This document shows, piece after piece, positions 37,601 to 50,623 of a stretch of 64,000 bases of DNA. The stretch lies in the NCBI GenBank assembly GCA_020891255.1, contig BQFW01000003.1, positions 1,674,001 through 1,738,000 on the forward strand, in the 5' to 3' direction. A program made the position numbers and the translations under genes. The notes under the pieces are model-generated. The model searched no databases and was not told the origin of the DNA. It saw only the letters and a list, made by a program, of their open reading frames with translations. The stretch's first letter is position 1. Each line of letters starts with the position of its first letter. The DNA comes from Entomortierella parvispora E1425 (taxonomy: Eukaryota > Fungi > Mortierellomycota).

Positions 37601-39001
37601 ATGACTGCGAGCAGAGCAAATGGTATCAACAGCCCGCTGTAACTCCCAGATTTCGCTAGCCGAGGTCAAAAAAGGGTCCAGAATTGACTGAAGTGCAGTT
37701 GGCGACAGGTGCGAGACAGAAACTTTGGAAGTAAACTATTCAAAACAGCACATATCCAGTTAACGATAGTAGCGTGACTTCAGACAGCGATTCAAGAAAC
37801 ACTCATCCTTGAACGTACCTTGGCGACTCCTTTGTCATCGAGGGCGAATATTATAGAAGGAAGCCCCTGAAGTAACATGAGGACCTCATGAATAATGTCC
37901 ACCTCATCCATCACTGGGACTTTTCCTGTCAACCTAAACTCTGCGCATTCCTGCACAGCAGCACTGAGTGCAGTGGAGCTTTGGATGTCGTATGATCTAT
38001 CCCTCTTTGGTGTGGTTGTGCTTGACTCTCTTGATAGAACCGAGTCTCCATGAAAATACTGTTGTTTTTGCAGTGCTTTGATCTGGGCACTGTCGACAAG
38101 CGTATTGACATCTGGGCTTGATGTCCAAAGGTCCAGATTTGAAATCCAAGATCCTTTTGAGGTCGGTACTGGATTGTTCAACTGACTCTGTTCATTATTG
38201 ACGCCCATAGGAGTTGTCCCTGCCGCCCCACTGCCTTGATCATTGGAGGCTGGTTTTAACTGCACCTCCATGTCTTCAAAATCACTGTCGTCGCTTCCTT
38301 CGCCGGCATCCTTTGATTCATGCGACAGCCAATGATCGCCCATGAGTGGATCCTCTGCTAGAATCGCCTTCCACATGTCTCTATTGATTTGCTCCTGTGT
38401 CCTCGCGCCGTCTTTAGACTCCTTCAGGGACTCTGGGACTGTGTATCTGGGCTCCCCTCTTCTTTGCATCGTGGGTGTCTCTGAAAGTTCCAGCATGACC
38501 ATCAACAAGGACGAGATGACATTCTGGGCCGCCTCTTCCTGATCCATGTTACTACTAGCAGCAATGGTCCGAGCACTGTCTCCACCACCGAGTGAGCGTG
38601 CCAGTTTCCGAGCACTAATCAGATAATCCTCCAGTGCATCAGCCTTAGTGGTTTGACCCTTGATAGAAAACTTTTCGGCCAGACCCTGAATCCTTTGGTC
38701 GATCGCCTTGTGATCCATGGCTTTGTTCCGATTCCCACCCAGACCGTTCACGTCGAAAAGGTGAAGGCCGACATAGCTGAGACTGGCATCAAAGTGGGGA
38801 TCTTTTGGCTGATGTGTATCACGGATAGGTATAGAATAGCCGATAGACAAAACATAAGGGCCATGGGTTAGTGATGCGCTCTGTCGACAAATGATGCCGT
38901 CCCTGTTGACATTCCAGGTTTACCTTGAATCCGGTAATGCGAGTGACGAGCTGACGCGCCGATTCAGGAGGAGCGGTCTTTTGCCTCCGACTGAATGACA
39001 T
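34688..39001 (-). CDS. GCP5: Gamma-tubulin complex component 5 (Spc97/Spc98 family), multi-exon
   Basis: The N-terminus ARQLVTRITGFK...AIDQRIQGLAEKFSIKG resembles GCP5. EVDIIHEVLMLLQG, LQWHLKGMAEFYFMMQGEIMHSYS, YRVP(WPL)GGI, YGRITSLLFQVRIAK and HERFIRVCYERCFL are GRIP-domain-like. Confidence 0.8.
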
Positions 39002-39614
39002 CCTGAGAGGCGAGGAGTGAGGGAGAGAAAGACAGAGGATCGAGATTCAAGCCAGGGAAGGATGCAAAGGAGACAACCGATGGAGGTGCACCTTCATGTT
39101 CTTTTCTGCGTGTCTACACGTGACCTGTTTGTCAAAATGTTGCGAGCGACGCGAAAAGAAACGCGTCTGTTGTTTGTGATAATTTATTTCCGCAAGGCAG
39201 GTATCGATGCGCTCTATGGCACTAACAGATCAGTTCCGGATCCCTCGAAGACGAAACCTCTCTCTCAGCTTCAAGTTCCTGTCGTAGTCCTTACTCGCTC
39301 CCCGGTAAAATAACGAGAGATTGGTCATGTTGTCTGCTATCCAGTCCACTTCCTCCTCGCCAATTTTCGGATCCGTGCCCTCGAACCACCATTCCGACAG
39401 CAACTTCAACGACCTCAGCTCATCCAAACCATTCTTCAGACAAAAAGAAGCGAATGAGAAGCCCAATCAAAGTAGAAAAGCTGAGCAACGCCGTCTGCCC
39501 GGATCTACTCTATGCCATTAACACTGCCAATTAATCAAGTCTAGGACCTTTAGCAGATTGTCAGTTTGTCTTCTCTTGAAACGTTTTTATTGCCTTACGG
39601 TAGATCTACTGTGT

Positions 39615-42600
39615 TTATCCCCAGAAGAACCGCTTCTTGGCCATATTGATGGCACTTGCAATCATACTCTCGGGCTCTTTGGCTACGCCTCCTTGTCTGG
39701 CTGACCCGCTGCTGCTTCCGCCGCTGGCGCCGTTCAAGGGCATCTGCGTCCTGTTGACTCCATTCACTGAATATCCGTTACTGACGCTATTTCCGTTCAT
39801 ACCACCAATCTTGGAGCCTGTCGACGAAATTCCGCCAGGCACCGATGGCATTCCAGGCGACTGGATAGACCGACCCAGATCGTCGACAAGTGTGGGATCA
39901 TCAATCAACAATGAGGCTCGATCTTTACCAAACCGGTTCAACTGAAATGATCCATGGACACCGCTGCCGCCGCTCGAGTACAACCAAGGACCCGCTTCGG
40001 CTGATCCTGTCACAGGTGAGAAAAGACTGGACGAAAGTCGTTGCTTCTTTGGGACATGCAACGAAGACGAAACTCGGGAGCTACTCATCAAAACACCTCC
40101 AGAGGAAGAAAACAGTGTGTTGTCGGAAATGCCAGAATCCCCTAGTGGTCGTCGCCATGACATCCTGGCGTTGGATGCACCCTGAGCTTGTTGTTCCGTC
40201 CTCTGCTGGTACTCTTGATGATGTTGCTGTTGTTGCTGTTGAGCAGTGGATCTCAAGAGTAATGATTCGGAAGGTCCTGAAGTCGAGTTGTACAAACCAC
40301 GCGACTCATTCTGTCCAAAAAGTGGTCGGAACCCTACAGAAGGGAGCTCCCCTGGCGTCGAGTCCATGGTCGATCCCTCGAGTAATCCAGAAACACCTAA
40401 TCCCAGCTCCTTCTCGGACTTTTGACTAGCTCCGAGCTGCTGCTGAGGATCTTTGGACCTTGAACGCAAGAGATCGCCAGAGATTTCGCGGTCTGAATCA
40501 CGTCCATGTGGACGACCAATTGTGCCTCCAGAGGTCAAACTACGGCCAAGAATAAAGGCCATATCCTCATCACCTGCGGTAGCGCTAGTGTCAACCTTTC
40601 GGGACACACTCTCGCCAAAGCCAAGGGATTGTCCAAATGCGGAGACCCTCGCACCACTACTTCCTTGATTCCAAGACTCGGCCAAGCTAGCTTGGCGCGT
40701 ACTTGTCGCCAGGGCAGTCTGATCTTTTGACGCTGTCATATCCTGACCAGTTGTGCGCATCATCAACAAAGCATCCACACCGGCCCCAATTTCCCTCGAC
40801 TCGGCCTCGGTCAAATCTCCGCTCGCTCCTGTATCCATTGCCATTGAGGACAAAGACGACTCGACAGTCTTGTTTGAGAACGATCTGCATGGGTGGACGC
40901 CCACAATAAACTTGCCGACAGCCTTCAGGTGTCGTGAACAAGCATTCTTGGCTGACCAAGCGCTCGTGTATTGGATCTTGAGCCAGTTGAACGAATCGTC
41001 CTTGTGTCCATGCGTTCCTGTCTCATGCCGGCTAATCGATCCAAAGTCTCGGAACTGGTTCAAGACATAGGAAGCTGCCTCTGGTGGGAAACCATAGGTG
41101 ATAATAGAGTCATAAGGCTCTTCTGAGCGCGCAGTAGCTGATCCATTGACACCGATAGAGGAATCCGCCGCATTGACCATTTCGGAATCGGATCTACAAG
41201 ATGCAAGCACAACAAACGATCCTTCAAAGTCAGGAAAACCCCACCATCACATTCATCCTTATATCATAACTTGGAGTACAAGTCTCGTACCTGGTATCTT
41301 GATTTGGCCCGCGGAACTGCGACAAGGACGAAGTAGGTCTAGAGTAATATCCTTCCTTGCGCGCAATATCATCGAGTGAATCTCCTGGTGGAGCATCTTC
41401 GCCAACCAAATGGGGTGGAGGACGAGGAGCACCACTGCTACTGAGGTAGGCATGAAGTGAGATATTGAAGGTTAATTACCAGTCTTGAGGTAGTTGAGCA
41501 TACATCCCGCCGTCAATCTCAAGCATGGTTCGCACCTATTAGATTGGAAAGGGTCACTGTCCCAGTCCTGTTTTCCATCGACGAAAGGCTCTAATTTTGT
41601 CCCCTGCAAAACAGATCATGAAAAAAGAGTCCCTTTGTTAGTCCAGTGCCACTTGGTCATTGACATATCATCCTGTAGCCCTGGCCTTTGCCTTTACCTT
41701 CAGTCCTGGTGTATAACTGAGTAACACGGCCGGCATGTATCTCTCTTTATCCTTGTCCTCTTCTTCGTCGCCCAAGGCATTCTTCCCCGTTGAGCCCTGT
41801 TTACCAGCCTGTCTTAATACTGATCCATCATGGCCTAGGAAGGAGGCTGATCCGGGACCTGCGGCACCAAAGCCCGAATTACGAAGCGACGACATATTCA
41901 TATCGCCTTGGGCCCTTGGTGTGCTATAGATTTGCGAAGACTGTGTCGCTCCCGAAACCGATCCCAAGGCTGGTCCAAGACTGCTGTTCAATGCCTGGGC
42001 CCCAACAGCCGCTGCTGCTCGGTGACCGAAAATGTCAATCTTGTCGTCTTCCTTTGACACAGAATGAATGCTGCTGCTGCTGCTCGCCATTCCAGTGAAA
42101 AAAGGACTCGATGATCCGCCCTGGCTATAAATAGAGGGTGTTCCTGGTCGTGGGCTGCCCATCTCCTTGGCAACGGAGGAAGAGAAGCGGACAGAATTCT
42201 TCTTTTGCAACTCGCTTTGTCCACCCACATCCGTTCGGCTTTCGGATCGAATAATACTCTTTCGACTAGGGTCTCCGGCAATTGTGGCAGTTGATCCCGA
42301 GAAAGGAGAATGAGTTTGCGGAGCATCGACAAATGCTGAGGAACGCGAGCTGCCGTTACTGTAGCCGTGCATGTCTGGGTAAAGCTTAGAACCAACACTG
42401 ACAGATTCCTTGCGGGTGTTTTGAACGCCAAGACCGACTCCTGCTCCATCGTCAAATCGGACGCTATGGCTGCTGAAACGGTGCGCGTCCTCTTGGTCGA
42501 TCTTCGGTGCAAAGGATGGTTGAGGTGGTGCCGGTGTAGGAAGCTGGTATCCGAGAGCGCCAGAGTGGTACCCGGGTGCGAGAACCTCCTCTGGTCCTCG

Positions 42601-42822
42601 CCAGTGAGCACTGGGTGATCCGCTTGCGCCACCCGCGTACGCGTCCAGGCTGCCGTTAAGGGACTCGCCTTGCTCCCGCTGCCGTCTCGCCTCTTCTTCG
42701 AGCTCTAGCTGCTTCTTGATGTAGACCGACGGCACATATCCGCTCTTCCCGGAGGCTGGCCTGGTTGATCTGGACTGGCTGCCGCCAGAGGATGACAAGC
42801 CAGAGGCATTGAACGCGAACAT
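39615..42822 (-). CDS. NUP53: Nucleoporin Nup53/Nup35 family (MPPN-type RRM)
   Basis: IITYGFPPEAASYVLNQFRDFGSI...NWLKIQYTSAWSAKNAC...KFIVGVHPC matches the Nup35 RRM. The C-terminus is an amphipathic helix (MIASAINMAKKRFFWG) and the flanks are disordered. Confidence 0.8.
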
Positions 42823-43127
42823 TTGAGTGAATCCCAGCTGTGGCGTGACGATGTGATTACAGTTTTCTTTGCGCTGGCTAATCCTGATCCTGCCTGATCG
42901 TTTCCGTGGGGTCCCAAGCAGTGATTGAGAGCAGGGATGAGTGCCAAGTTAGGAAGAGGAGAGGGAGGGAGAGAAGGGAGAGAAAAGTGAACGCAGATGA
43001 TGTAGGGTGGTCAATGTGGATTTGTCTGTGCGATCATGCTTTTTTTTTGTCGCCCTGGGAGGCATTGGGACAGCACTTGAGGGGCGCTGCTCTTTTTTAT
43101 TTTATTTTTTTGCAGGCTTTTTTTTTC

Positions 43128-44869
43128 TTAGTCCTGCTGCTCACTGCCAAAGTCCTGGTTGAAGGCCGCGAGGATGGCCTGTCCCAGTTCGAGATTGGCG
43201 TGCTCTTCTTCCTGCCCTGGCTTATCAATGGACTCCTCAGCGACTTGCTCTACAGAATCCTGGGTATTATCGACCACATCTTCTGTTTCGGTCTCATCCT
43301 TCTCTTCTTCGTCGTCAGAGTCGTCAGAATCAGAGGAACTAGAGTCGGAAGAGTCAGAGTCAGAGTCATCAGAATCCGAATCAGAATCACTTGAGGTATC
43401 CTCAGTCTTTGACTTCTTGGTCCTCCTTCCTTCCTCGTCCACTTCCTGGTCTTCATCTTCGGCAGTCGCGGTTTCAATGGGCCGCTTTCCGTTATTGTTC
43501 CGGGTTTCTGCAAGGGTATCTGCCGCGGTAGGCTTGGGGGGCCATGCTGTTAACGGCTCCTCGATAGTGTACTTTGAAAGAATAGGATCGACAGCATCCG
43601 ACTCTGAAGATGATGGTCCTAGAACAAGGATTGATGGATACTCCAGCACCTTTTTAAACTTGAGTGAATCCTGCAGGCTGTCTTCGCTCTTTAAAGGATA
43701 AAGCGCTGGTTGGTTGGCCTATACAATAATGACCTAGAATGTCAGTAATGAAGGCCTTAAAGGAATATCCATGGCAGTGTCTGGCTCCATTTGTGAGAAT
43801 ACGTACATGACGCAGCGGGATAATATAGTAGAGTCGACACTGGCTCAAGCTGTCTACTGGGTATTTGTCTGCAAGATCCTTGTTCTCATCCTTTGAAATA
43901 GCGCCAGTCAGGAGCTCCTGCAACGTCTTGGCCTCTTCATTCTTGTGCTCCAATATCCTTCTTGGAGGCGCTGACGCGATCTCTGGGAAGATCCACTCGA
44001 GTGTCCAGATAAATCTATTAGGTCTAATGTAACAGTTCGTGTCGAACGAATGCAACTTAGTTTCATAGTGCTTCTTGAACCGCATTCAAAAACACAAGGA
44101 TGATATATCCTTACTTGTCTCTCCAATGCGAATTATTTTCCTTGCGCTTCTTGAGCCCCTCTGCCATCATGATCAAATGGATTCCACGCTTCTTTGCATG
44201 CAAGATTTGTTGCTTGTCTCTATAAGATCCACTGCCCTCCGATCCAAGTTTCTCTAACTCTTGAGCAGCCGACGACGAGGCTGATGTCTCCTCAGTTACT
44301 GCTGCTGCATTGTTGTTACGATTCCGACTGTTCCTGTTCTTGTTATTGTTGGCTCCCAAGACCTTTTTGCGATTTGGGTTGGCAGAGTCCAGTTTGACGT
44401 TCTCGCGCGCTGCATTGTCGACCGTCCGCCCGACCTCTTCCAAAAAGTTGTAATCTAAGTAGAAGGAAAACAAAATGAGTTAAAATAAAAATCAAAAAGT
44501 GCAAGAAATCCTGTTGGCCTTTTTTTCCATCCCTCATCTTTTGCATTCTTTGCTCTGCTCCTCTTTAAACATACCACTCATCATATCCTGTTCACTGTAT
44601 TGACTCCGGCCCACAAAGTGAGTCTTGGATCGGACGCCAGAACAGGTCGTGTCCAATTTATGTTGTTTTGAGCATTGGAGCGAACATGTTTGGCAGAAAC
44701 ATCCAGGGCACTTGTACTTGGCCGCCTTGACACCACAGACCTCGCATTGGACGATCGAGTCCGAGGTCGAGATGGCATCCTCTTCGCTCTTTTCGCGGAT
44801 TTGGATACCGTCCTTGACTGTGCTGGGGTCAACGTCCCTGGTGACATACGCATTCGAAAAGAAGTCCAT
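43128..44869 (-). CDS. BCD1: Box C/D snoRNA biogenesis protein BCD1/ZNHIT6 (zf-HIT)
   Basis: CEVCGVKAAKYKCPGCFCQTCSLQCSKQHKLDTTCSGVRSKTHFV / DYNFLEEV, GIHLIMMAEGLKKRKEN, FIWTLEWIF, LEYPSILV. Confidence 0.92.
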
Positions 44870-45069
44870 GGTTTTTTTTCTTTTTCTCCTTGTGAAGCAA
44901 TGAGAGGGATTAGGAGTGGGAATGCAAGAAGCTGTATATCAGTTGGAGGAAGAAAACCTCTTTTTTCCAAAAGTTTGAATGCGGAAAGGAGAAATGTAGG
45001 AGCTGTGTGTCTGTTCTGTCGTTGGAATGACAGGGGAATGGCAACAAGGACCAGACGCGCCAGGCAGCC

Positions 45070-45101
<32 letters not shown>

Positions 45102-45784
45102 GAAAAAGCCACTTGACACGAACAAGCCACACAAAAAAAAAGGAAATTTGATTTTGCTCAGAGATCGAGAAACATATTTCTTCGACTGAATCCGCAGGCA
45201 ACACAGCGACTACTTTGGAATACATGGCTGCTTGACTTTTTTTTCATTGTCCCGAGTTTGCCACAGCCTCGGCTTTCTGAACGAGGGCCGATTTACCAAT
45301 CGCTCTTTGTATTTCAGCCTGCCAAAATATATGTCAAGGAAAGGTCCAAGGATTTCGGGTATATGTCTTCGTTTTGTCTTTTGAGTATTCCAGAGTTGTG
45401 TTGTGTCTGCCATCCTTGTTAGGATGGATGTGAGAGAGCTATTCCGAGGTGGATCCTCACCCGAAGTATATATGCTGGAGCAGGTTGTTTCTGTGAGGTC
45501 AATATTATGAATGACCGCCACCTTTGTTATATTCAGAATTTCTGTCGTCGCCAGGACTGAAAAAGAACTGTAGCCAGCCAATTATGCCATGGGTATGAGT
45601 AGTGAATGGCAAACGCGGACGCGGTGTGATGTGAGGAACAATCCACGCGTCGTTTAGAAGCCTGGCTCCAAAGAGACCATGGGCTGTCACCGAGCCAAAC
45701 CATGTTTTTTTAAAAAAAAAAGTCTTTATTATCGTAAAATGCAATGCTGTTTCGTTTCCTCCTTCCTCTCACTATGGGGTTTCT

Positions 45785-48453
45785 TTACTCGCGGGACACA
45801 TCACGGCCAAAGACCTTGGACTTCATCCAATCGCCGACGACCAAGAAACGGTTCCTGAAGCTGAACATGTTGGAGATGTAGACCGAGCGCCAGAAGACAT
45901 AGGTGGCAACTCCTCCGATCGACACGTTTCCGTTCAAGAAGGGCAAGTCAGCAATGGCCTTGTCTGATCCGATGTAGGCCAAAGATCCCTGGTGAGAGTA
46001 CTCGAAGGGAGTAATCTTCTTGTTCTGACCCTCTTCTATCCTGGCCAAGTGCTCAAAGACGCTGGCAAGGTACAATCCCTGCTGAGTGGCGACCTGGGCA
46101 GTAGGGGCATACTTGGAGAAAGTGCAGTCACCGATAGCGTACATATCGGGTGCGCCAGCAACGCGCATGTAGTCGTCCACGAGCAATCCACGGGGAGAGG
46201 TCTGAGCCTCCTTGATACGGGCCATCAACTTGCGGGTCAAGGGGCGGGGGCAGTTTCCGGTAGCCCAGACGAGCAAACCGTAGGGGATAGAAACAAGCTC
46301 CTTGTTGGCATCCATGACCTTGATCTCCTTATCGCCGACCTGCTTGACCATGGTCTTGGTCAAGACCTCGATCTTGTTCTGCTTAAATGTGCTCTCAGTG
46401 TACTGGATCAATTGGGACGAGAACATGGGCAAGACGTTGGGAAGAGCCTCCACAAGAGTAATTCTGAACTTGTCAGCCAACTCGGGGTACCAGACCTCGA
46501 GATCATCCTTCAAGAAGTCGTGCAACTCGGCAGCATACTCGACACCAGTGGGTCCTCCACCAACAACAACCATGTGCAAAAGACGATCAACCTCCTCGGG
46601 GGTCTGGGAAGCAAATCCAGCAGACTCGACACAGTCCATCAAACGAGTGCGAATCTTTTGAGCATCCCAAATCTCCTTCAAGAAGCAAGCGTATTCCCTG
46701 ACTCCAGCCATACCGAAGGTCTGGTTATCAGCTCCGACAGCCATGACAAGGTAATCGTAAGGAATGGTGGTGTTGGAAACGGCTCCCTTGATGTCAGACA
46801 CGTCTAAAGTACAACAATAATATCCCGATCGGCCGGGTTAGTCCATAATTCTCAAATTATACAACATGCAAATAAAAAGGGCTTTTTGCAACAAACATAC
46901 CAGTGATGCTGATGGTCTTGCTCTCAGGATCAATGTCGGTACATTCACTCTCGTAGAACTTCACGTTACGGCTCTTATGGCGAGTAATGAAGCGAAGAGG
47001 CTCCATGATCGAGCGGAGCTCAATGGTTCCAACTGTACAACTGGGCAACAATGGGGTGAACAAGAAGTAGTTACGAGGAGAGACCACAACCTAAAGAAAA
47101 CAACATAGCGATGAGTCAATCTTCGAGCCAGGAATGTAGTATTGTTCTTGTAAAAGAAAAAAGAAGAAAGTAGACAAAAGTCCCGCCATGGAATGGAAAA
47201 CTTACCACATTGTAGTCGTCAGTGTTGATCGACTTCAAGAAAGAGACAGCACCCCAACCACTTCCCAAAATAACGACAGTGCGCTTGGTGGGGTCAAAGG
47301 GCTTTTGCTCGATGGGGTGGCGCTTGGTATAAATGTCTAAAAGATCACTTCCAACAGGCGGACTTTTAGTACATTTCATCTCTGCACAGCGCAATGAGTA
47401 ATATCTTTGAGGGTGAGAACTTTCTTGCCCCCTCAACATGAGAGCCACGTACCATAAGCACCGTAACCAATGCCTCCGACAACACCAAGCTGGACAACGC
47501 GCTTCAGGGCACGAAGACGGGACCAGCGCTTCTTGGGTGCGGGGGCAGGGTTAGGGACGGCATTGGCGCCGCTCAAGGTCGCTCCGGTGTTGGTAGAGTT
47601 GAAGCGAGCCTGGAAGTTGACGGCGCGGGGCGCGACGATCCTTGGAAGGGGAGTGGCAACACGTGCCACTCTGGCGGCTGGAGCGTTGGACAAACAGGTC
47701 AGAGCATGAACAAGCGCACAATTGAAGCGTCATCGACAGGACAAACAAGAAGGTTTGCAGTCGAGTCCGAAGCAAGACCGAGACGGTTGATCGAAAAGTG
47801 ATGCAGTCAAGATAGCATGGACAAAGTGAAAGTGAAAGAGGGAGAGAGACGATAAAGTGAAGAAGGAGACGAGAAAGAGGATAAACAGTATGTCAGCAGA
47901 ATGAACAACGACAACTCTGCTCCTTCGGTTGCTGAGCTCGTGGATAGAGAAAGACGAAACGTGGGATTGAACGCCAGTATCTGGTTAGGGCCCTGGGGAT
48001 CGGCTGTCTTTCCTTAACCTGTCCGTCTGCCTGTCCGTCTGCCTGTCCGTCTGCCTGTCCGTCTGCCTGTCTGTCTGTCTGCCTGTCTGTCTGAGACTCG
48101 CGCCCATTCCTGAATGACCCCTGTGTCTTGATTTGGGGGACAGATCAGCACCATCCAAGCGATGCACACAAACACCCTCCACGTGTACACCCATCCCAGA
48201 GGAAAACTAGGGTGTTTCCCACAAGGAACCGTCGCACTGGAACGATAACCGAGGAAGGTAAAAGTGGGTCCAGTGTTGTCCGGACAATAATAATAAACCA
48301 AAAGTGAAAAAAAAAGTGGGTTCCTGGGGCTGGTGGACAGACGGTCGTGCGGATCCTGTGTGATCGTGCAGATTCGACAGCGTCGATTGATCCATGCAGT
48401 GCAGACGATTGTTTCATGTGCAGGGCGACATTATTACCTCTCATGAAGGACAT
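45785..48453 (-). CDS. Type II (alternative) NADH:ubiquinone oxidoreductase, mitochondrial (NDE1/NDI1 family)
   Basis: [92 protein letters not shown] 16-nt first exon (48438-48453) splices in phase 1 to give the presequence [15 protein letters not shown]. Confidence 0.95.
48018..48093. repeat. (CCTGTCCGTCTG)4 plus CTGT-type microsatellite in NDH-2 intron 1
   Basis: Directly visible. Confidence 0.9.
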
Positions 48454-49762
48454 GACTGAGGAAGATGTAAAGGAGGGGAGAGGAGAGTGGAGAGGGGACG
48501 GATAGAGGAGAAGAAGAGAGGACAAGCGGACAAAGTGCAGCATGGCCGATCGCACGTGGTCACGTGCAGTGTTATCTCTTCAGGAATCTGGATCTCACAG
48601 ATAACGAATGAACTCTGCCAGGGTGCCAAGTGAGCAAGACGAAAAGTAGCCCAACAGCGATAGACAAACCTGAAAATACAAACACAAAATCCTGCCACGC
48701 CGTCCAGATCGACCGTCTGGAAGTGAAATCCCGAGTCGCGGTCTTTGATCCCACTTTATCTCCGCCCCTGGATTATCAAACGAGGGTCCGCCTCGTGGTG
48801 AATCCGTCGTCATTCGCAAGCGCAGGAGCCAGGTTCACGCCACCAAAATTTCTGGCTGTTAAACTCTATCATAACCAAAAAAAAAAAAAAAAAAAACTGC
48901 TGGAGAGCGAGGAGCCCAAGATACGCTAGCATGCCTCCCAATTGCTTCTGTATTGTCAATTTGACGGCCAACGCAAGTGACCCAGCAGTAGGCACACATT
49001 GACGTGCCGCAGACACCTGACTTAACCGAACCCTGACTACGTTTGTTCAAAGCAAGAAACGACTAGCAAGTGATTAAAACGCGTTTGGGCAACTAATTCC
49101 ATTTAATATGGAACCGCGAAGAAATTAACAACTGAGGTACCATGAGCTGCGTAACATTGACTACTAACAAGTGGTCGCTTGGCCAACCAGCAGATTTAGC
49201 ATTGGCATAGACCCCCCTGATGCCTTTGGAGGCGATCTCAATCCAGCTGATTTCTGCTCGGTGGTCTCATCTATGGAGAAGCACTCGATCCATGGGTCGG
49301 CCACTGCTCTTTCAAGATGCCGTACACCTAGAACCTTACCTCTGTTGATAATTCCAGCCAACTTGTTTGACCGGGTTAACCACGTTAACCAGTTAACTTG
49401 GTTACGTTTCTGTTTCCCAGAGATGCTCTCAATGGCTATGGTTTTAACCAAAGTTTTTAACCGGTTAATTTTGCGGCCCATCTCAATGGTCGAGAAGGTG
49501 TGAGAATTTGCCATGACGCATTTCTTCTAATTGAGCAACAAAGATCACTGTGTGTTGTGGATCGGTGATTTTCGAACTGACCCATCATGGCTAACCCTTC
49601 TGCTCCTTCGCTGCCTTCCTCCGACTACTTAAATCTTTCACCTCTTGACCACTTTCAGCTCTTGACCACTCTCACTTCCTGACTGCCCTTATTACCTGAT
49701 CACCCTCACCAAGACCCTTTCTCTCCTTCGATCTCATCTTTTGCACTGATCTTCTATCAGGG

Positions 49763-50140
49763 CGTGTCCTGGCCTTGAAAAACGGCAACTTCAAAACGGG
49801 GCTGAGCCTCATCTCGATGCATACTGCGCTCCTCCGCCGTTTGGCTCAAAAGGTAACAAAAGGGGTGAAAGTTGAAAAGTGGAAAGGTTGAAGGGGCGCT
49901 TCTAGAGCAATATGAAGATGGCGTGGGTACTGACTTTTATTTTTATTTTAAATGACCATAAAGCAAGGCCCTGGGATACCATACGGCTTTTGTGAACGAG
50001 TACCTTACGTCCACAATGTGCCCAAGGTGCGTTGCCATTGAGTGCACGCATGGGATCGCGACCTGGTTGGCGCACACAACATTGCCCTGATCGGCGAGCA
50101 GCTCGTCAAGACTCTCGGATGACCGGAGCCCCAAGCAAGG
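49763..50140 (+). pseudogene. Decayed Fanzor/TnpB-like nuclease C-terminal remnant with an intron
   Basis: RVLALKNGNFKTGLSLISMHTALLRRLAQK (49763-49852), an intron (gtaac...tactgac...ag), then ALGYHTAFVNEYLTSTMCPRC (to 50030). After a frameshift comes WDRDLVGAHNIALIGEQLVKTLG*PEP. These match the RuvC-II (E), Zn-finger and RuvC-III (DRD..A.NI) motifs. Confidence 0.75.
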
Positions 50141-50599
50141 CCCCCTCCACTCCAAAACACACCACCACTATAGACAGCCACTAGAGTATTTTTTTTTTTT
50201 GTGCTTGCCCGGTACGGAAGTAAGGGATGCTTGGTGCACCTCGAAGTCCACACGGTAGCGACGATTGCTCATAAAGCAGAAGTACAACGCCGATCCAGGT
50301 TCAGCGACATACGGAAGGAAGCTGCACTTACAGTGTAGGCTAATGAGCATGAGCTCAACAATTCGCAGATCAAAGCGGATAGTGCATCGGATCAGCAGGT
50401 TCAGGTTCAATATCGCTAGAATCTGCCGGCCATACCAGGCCATGATGCTCATTATTTAAGGGAGCAGATCAGCATGCCACTTGATTTGGACGTCCTTACA
50501 CACTTTATATCCCTGGTAAAGGACATGACAGAATATTTCATGTTGGTTCCGCCAAAAAAAAGGGCTACTGGCGATTAAGGTGCAGCAAGTCAACTCAGT

Positions 50600-50623
50600 A
50601 CCACCACCACCACCACCACCACC
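50600..50623. repeat. (ACC)8 microsatellite
   Basis: Directly visible. Confidence 0.9.

Noticed and set aside
39230-39521. Short ORFs on both strands between GCP5 and Nup53
   Set aside because: They are under 80 aa with no recognisable motif and overlap the likely promoter and terminator regions.
45210-45581. 123-aa minus-strand ORF between BCD1 and NDH-2
   Set aside because: It has a non-ATG start, no motif and no clear splice structure; it is probably UTR/intergenic.
45992-46807. 271-aa plus-strand ORF, and many similar antisense ORFs over CHS, Nup53, RTP1, GT49 and the coiled-coil gene
   Set aside because: They lie exactly opposite strongly codon-biased real genes and have no recognisable domains; these are typical shadow ORFs.
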